Of a stretch of DNA of 64,000 nt, positions 61,504 through 64,000 are shown piece after piece. Source of the DNA: an uncultured Ignavibacteriales bacterium (lineage in GTDB: Bacteria; Zixibacteria; MSB-5A5; GN15; JAAZOE01). The notes beneath the pieces are model-generated. The model was not told the origin of the DNA. It did no database searches and saw only the letters and a list, made by a program, of their open reading frames with translations. Each line of letters opens with the position of its first letter. The first letter of the stretch is position 1. Both the position numbers and the translations under genes were made by a program. The stretch is from the NCBI GenBank assembly GCA_964549765.1, contig CAZJWR010000012.1, forward strand, positions 1,607 through 65,606, written 5' to 3'.

Positions 61504-62297
61504 GCAGATTTATGGCCGTGATGGGCGACTCCCTCCTCGAAGTGCGTGACCGGAAAATATTCTACCTCTACTGGCTGGTGACGCTGGTGATGCTGCTCGT
61601 GTTCGGCCTCGCTCCCAACCTCAAGATCAACGGGAACGATCTATTCGGGAGCATGACGAGTTCGCCGGAGACGATTATCGGCATCCAATCAGCCTTTTTC
61701 GACGGCTTTTTCGGATTCATGCTTTTTCTGATGGTCTTCGGATCGGCCGGTTTGGTGCCGTCGTTTCTCGGCAAGGGGCGCATCGAGCTGTCTCTCTCCA
61801 AGCCGGTTAGTCGCTACCGACTGTTAACGATGAAATTCCTTGCCGTATTCATCATCATGTGCGGCATCCTGATTATCTCCACGACGATCATCTGGGGGGT
61901 GCTGTCGTTCCGGTTGGGGGTGACACCAGGGTATTTCTTCTACGGTCTGCTGTATGCCTGTCTTGAATTTCTCGCCATTTATGCCATTGTCTTTTTCTTC
62001 GGGGCGGTCGGACAATCCACCGTCGTGGCCATCATGGGTTATTTCATTATCCGCGTCGGGGCGGACCTGCTGGCGAATAGAGAAGTCGTGTACCAATTCC
62101 TCGGCGATTCGATCTGGAAGACCATTCTCGACACCGTCTATTATATCCTTCCCAAGATCGGCGAGATGTCGGACAATTACGGTTCGCTCATGCAGGGCGG
62201 AGGATTCGTCAAGACCTACCCGATCTACTCCACGCTGGGCATATCGCTGGTGATATTTCTTATCGCGCTGCTGATTTTCAAGCGCCGGGACTATTAA
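61500..62297 (+). CDS. ABC-2 family transporter permease
   Basis: 265 aa with about six hydrophobic helices. An ATGA overlap links it to the ATPase gene. Confidence 0.8.
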   Translation: MSRFMAVMGDSLLEVRDRKIFYLYWLVTLVMLLVFGLAPNLKINGNDLFGSMTSSPETIIGIQSAFFDGFFGFMLFLMVFGSAGLVPSFLGKGRIELSLSKPVSRYRLLTMKFLAVFIIMCGILIISTTIIWGVLSFRLGVTPGYFFYGLLYACLEFLAIYAIVFFFGAVGQSTVVAIMGYFIIRVGADLLANREVVYQFLGDSIWKTILDTVYYILPKIGEMSDNYGSLMQGGGFVKTYPIYSTLGISLVIFLIALLIFKRRDY

Positions 62298-62360
62298 AAC
62301 CGGTTTCTGCTTTGTTACCACCGGTAAAATCACGGAAACACCGTTCCACCAATCAATTCC

Positions 62361-62389
62361 TTGAATTCCGAGCACCGCGTGCGTATATT
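62361..62389 (+). promoter_or_regulatory. possible sigma-70-type promoter for the M20 peptidase gene
   Basis: TTGAAT (62361-62366) - 17 nt - TATATT (62384-62389). Confidence 0.4.
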
Positions 62390-62423
62390 CCATAACTAAT
62401 CGACTACGAACAGGAGAACAGAT

Positions 62424-63791
62424 ATGGGACCATTGGAATATCTCAAGGAAAACGAGGCCGCGTCGCTGGAACAATTCAAAGACTTACTCCGAATACCCAG
62501 CATCAGCGGCCAATCGGAACATAAAGGCGACGTTCGCCGCTGCGCGCAGTGGGTGTCGGATTACCTGAACAAACTCGGCATAAAATCGGAGCTTTGCGAG
62601 CCGGGCGGCCATCCGCTCGTGTACGGATACTACCACGTATCGGACGACGTCCCGACCGTCCTCGTCTATGGTCACTACGACGTCCAGCCGGTCGATCCCC
62701 TCAACCTCTGGAAAAGTAAACCGTTCGAACCGATCGAGGAGATCGGCTATATCATCGCTCGCGGCGCCACCGATGATAAAGGCCAGATGTTCGCCCACCT
62801 GAAAGGCGTCGAAGCGTATCTCAAAACTGTCGGCAAAATCCCGGTCAATGTCAAATTTATGATCGAGGGCGAGGAAGAAACCGCCGCCGAAAACCTCACC
62901 AAATTTATTGCCGGAAATAAAGGCAAATTCGCCGCCGATATCGTTATCGTGTCGGACGGTTCCATGTACGGGCGTGACCTCCCGGCGATCAACTATGGTC
63001 TGCGCGGAATCGCCGCCGTGGAAATCAAAGTCACCGGCCCCGACCGCGACCTGCATTCCGGATCATACGGCGGGGCCGTTGCCAACCCGATCAACGCCCT
63101 ATGCAAAATGATCGGCCAACTGCATGACGCCGACGGTCGCGTGACCATCGACGGCTTCTACGACAACGTCTACACTATGACCGATTGGGAGCGAAAACAG
63201 TTCGCCAACCTGCCGTTCGATGAAAAAGAGTACCTCGCCGCGACCGGCGCGCCCGAATTGTGGGGGGAGAAGGGATATTCGGTTCTGGAGCGAACCACAT
63301 CCCGCCCGACCCTCGACTGCAACGGGATCACCGGCGGGTACCAGGGCGAAGGCGGCAAGACGATTATTCCCTCGTGGGCGTCGGCCAAAATCACCATGCG
63401 TCTGGTGCCGAATCAGAATCCCGATGAGATCTGCGGGAAATTCGAAACCCATCTAAAAAAATTCTGTCCGCCCACCATGACGCTCGAAGTCTCCAAGCAC
63501 GGCGGTGCTAATCCGGTGCTCGTTCCGACCGAGGGCCCGTGGCTCGATGCGGCGGCGAAGGCGATCAAGACCGGATTCGGGACCGATCCGTATTACACCA
63601 AGGAAGGCGGCTCGATCCCTATCGTCGAATCATTCAAGGCTTTTCTCGGCATTGATACCATCCTGGTCGGTTTCGGACAGCATGACGACAACGCCCATTC
63701 GCCCAACGAACGATTTCTCGTCAAGGATTTCCACCGGGGATGCCGGACGTCGGCGGCATTGTTTGATGAACTATCGAAAGTGAAAGTGTAA
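62424..63791 (+). CDS. M20-family dipeptidase
   Basis: LLRIPSISGQSEHKGDV...VLVYGHYDVQPVDPLNLWKSKPFEP...ARGATDDKGQMFAHL...MIEGEEE...GFGQHDDNAHSPNE. Confidence 0.9.
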   Translation: MGPLEYLKENEAASLEQFKDLLRIPSISGQSEHKGDVRRCAQWVSDYLNKLGIKSELCEPGGHPLVYGYYHVSDDVPTVLVYGHYDVQPVDPLNLWKSKPFEPIEEIGYIIARGATDDKGQMFAHLKGVEAYLKTVGKIPVNVKFMIEGEEETAAENLTKFIAGNKGKFAADIVIVSDGSMYGRDLPAINYGLRGIAAVEIKVTGPDRDLHSGSYGGAVANPINALCKMIGQLHDADGRVTIDGFYDNVYTMTDWERKQFANLPFDEKEYLAATGAPELWGEKGYSVLERTTSRPTLDCNGITGGYQGEGGKTIIPSWASAKITMRLVPNQNPDEICGKFETHLKKFCPPTMTLEVSKHGGANPVLVPTEGPWLDAAAKAIKTGFGTDPYYTKEGGSIPIVESFKAFLGIDTILVGFGQHDDNAHSPNERFLVKDFHRGCRTSAALFDELSKVKV

Positions 63792-63794
63792 GCA

Positions 63795-64000
63795 ATGGAT
63801 TTGAAAATAAAAGGAAAGGTCGCGCTGGTCGCCGGCGCATCGGCGGGACTGGGACTGGCGGCCGCCAAAGCATTGTTCGAGGAGGGGGCGCTTGTGGCGA
63901 TGTGCTCCCGGGACGAAGAACGCATCACCAAAGCGGCGCATTCAATATCGAAAAAGGCTGAACAGGTGCTTCCGGTTGTCTGCGACCTCACCAAACCCGG
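63795..64000 (+). CDS. short-chain dehydrogenase/reductase (SDR), 5' part only
   Basis: MDLKIKGKVALVAGASAGLGLAAAKALFEEGALVAMCSRDEE shows the TGxxxGxG Rossmann motif. The gene runs off the right edge. Confidence 0.8.
   Translation, partial: MDLKIKGKVALVAGASAGLGLAAAKALFEEGALVAMCSRDEERITKAAHSISKKAEQVLPVVCDLTKP

Noticed and set aside
1-64000. CRISPR arrays, rRNA genes, transposases/IS elements, toxin-antitoxin pairs.
   Set aside because: No regularly spaced direct repeats, rRNA-like sequence, DDE/integrase motifs or small paired ORFs of TA type were seen on either strand.

Overview
This is a bacterial chromosome segment of roughly 55-60% GC (estimated by eye), coding almost entirely on the + strand.

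(1) 1-29.7 kb is a flagellar regulon. fliE-F-G-H-I-J ends in a strong bidirectional terminator. A 4.4 kb non-flagellar interruption follows: a minus-strand surface protein with a type IX secretion (T9SS) C-terminal sorting domain, a FlaR-like P-loop NTPase, a GNAT gene split by one in-frame TAG, and an HD-GYP phosphodiesterase. Behind a near-consensus sigma-54 promoter come flgF-G-A-H-I-J, flgN, flgK, csrA, a 58-codon ORF, flgL, fliW and a GT2-TPR glycosyltransferase. Next are a near-consensus sigma-28 promoter with a ~190 nt GGA-rich leader, a 722-aa flagellin, flaG, fliD (780 aa), fliS, a second FlgN/FliT-like ORF, flgM and an HDOD protein. The L/P-ring genes indicate a diderm. The T9SS-type sorting domains suggest an FCB-superphylum-like lineage, but that is inference only.

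(2) 29.8-31.3 kb holds two tandem minus-strand paralogs, each ending in a single dockerin-type repeat.

(3) 31.7-40.8 kb is housekeeping: tRNA-Val(GAC), infC (ATA start)-rpmI-rplT-pheS-pheT-zapB-like, zapA, rny, ymdB-like, folD.

(4) 40.8-58.8 kb is a surface/biofilm neighbourhood. It contains a small putative lipoprotein and a ~1450-aa Ig-like T9SS cargo translationally coupled to a FadL/PorV-like barrel fused to TPR repeats. These are followed by an RsbW-like kinase domain-TM-HAMP-PP2C fusion, a GGDEF cyclase, and an EPS export locus (Wza-like, Wzz/GumC-like, TPR, BY-kinase, DUF3473-type deacetylase, DUF362).

(5) 58.8-60.5 kb is a sharply AT-rich single-gene island encoding a Zn-ribbon / pentapeptide-repeat / membrane protein.

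(6) The window ends with an ABC-2 transporter pair, an M20 dipeptidase and the start of an SDR.

No rRNA, CRISPR array, transposase or integrase was seen.

The best candidates for something undescribed are:
- the cargo plus dedicated PorV-like-TPR pair and its downstream signalling/EPS genes;
- the AT-rich pentapeptide island;
- the cohesin-like/dockerin-like protein set;
- the csrA-small ORF-flgL arrangement.

All calls rest on motif recognition by eye from the supplied translations and sequence. No searches or folding programs were run.
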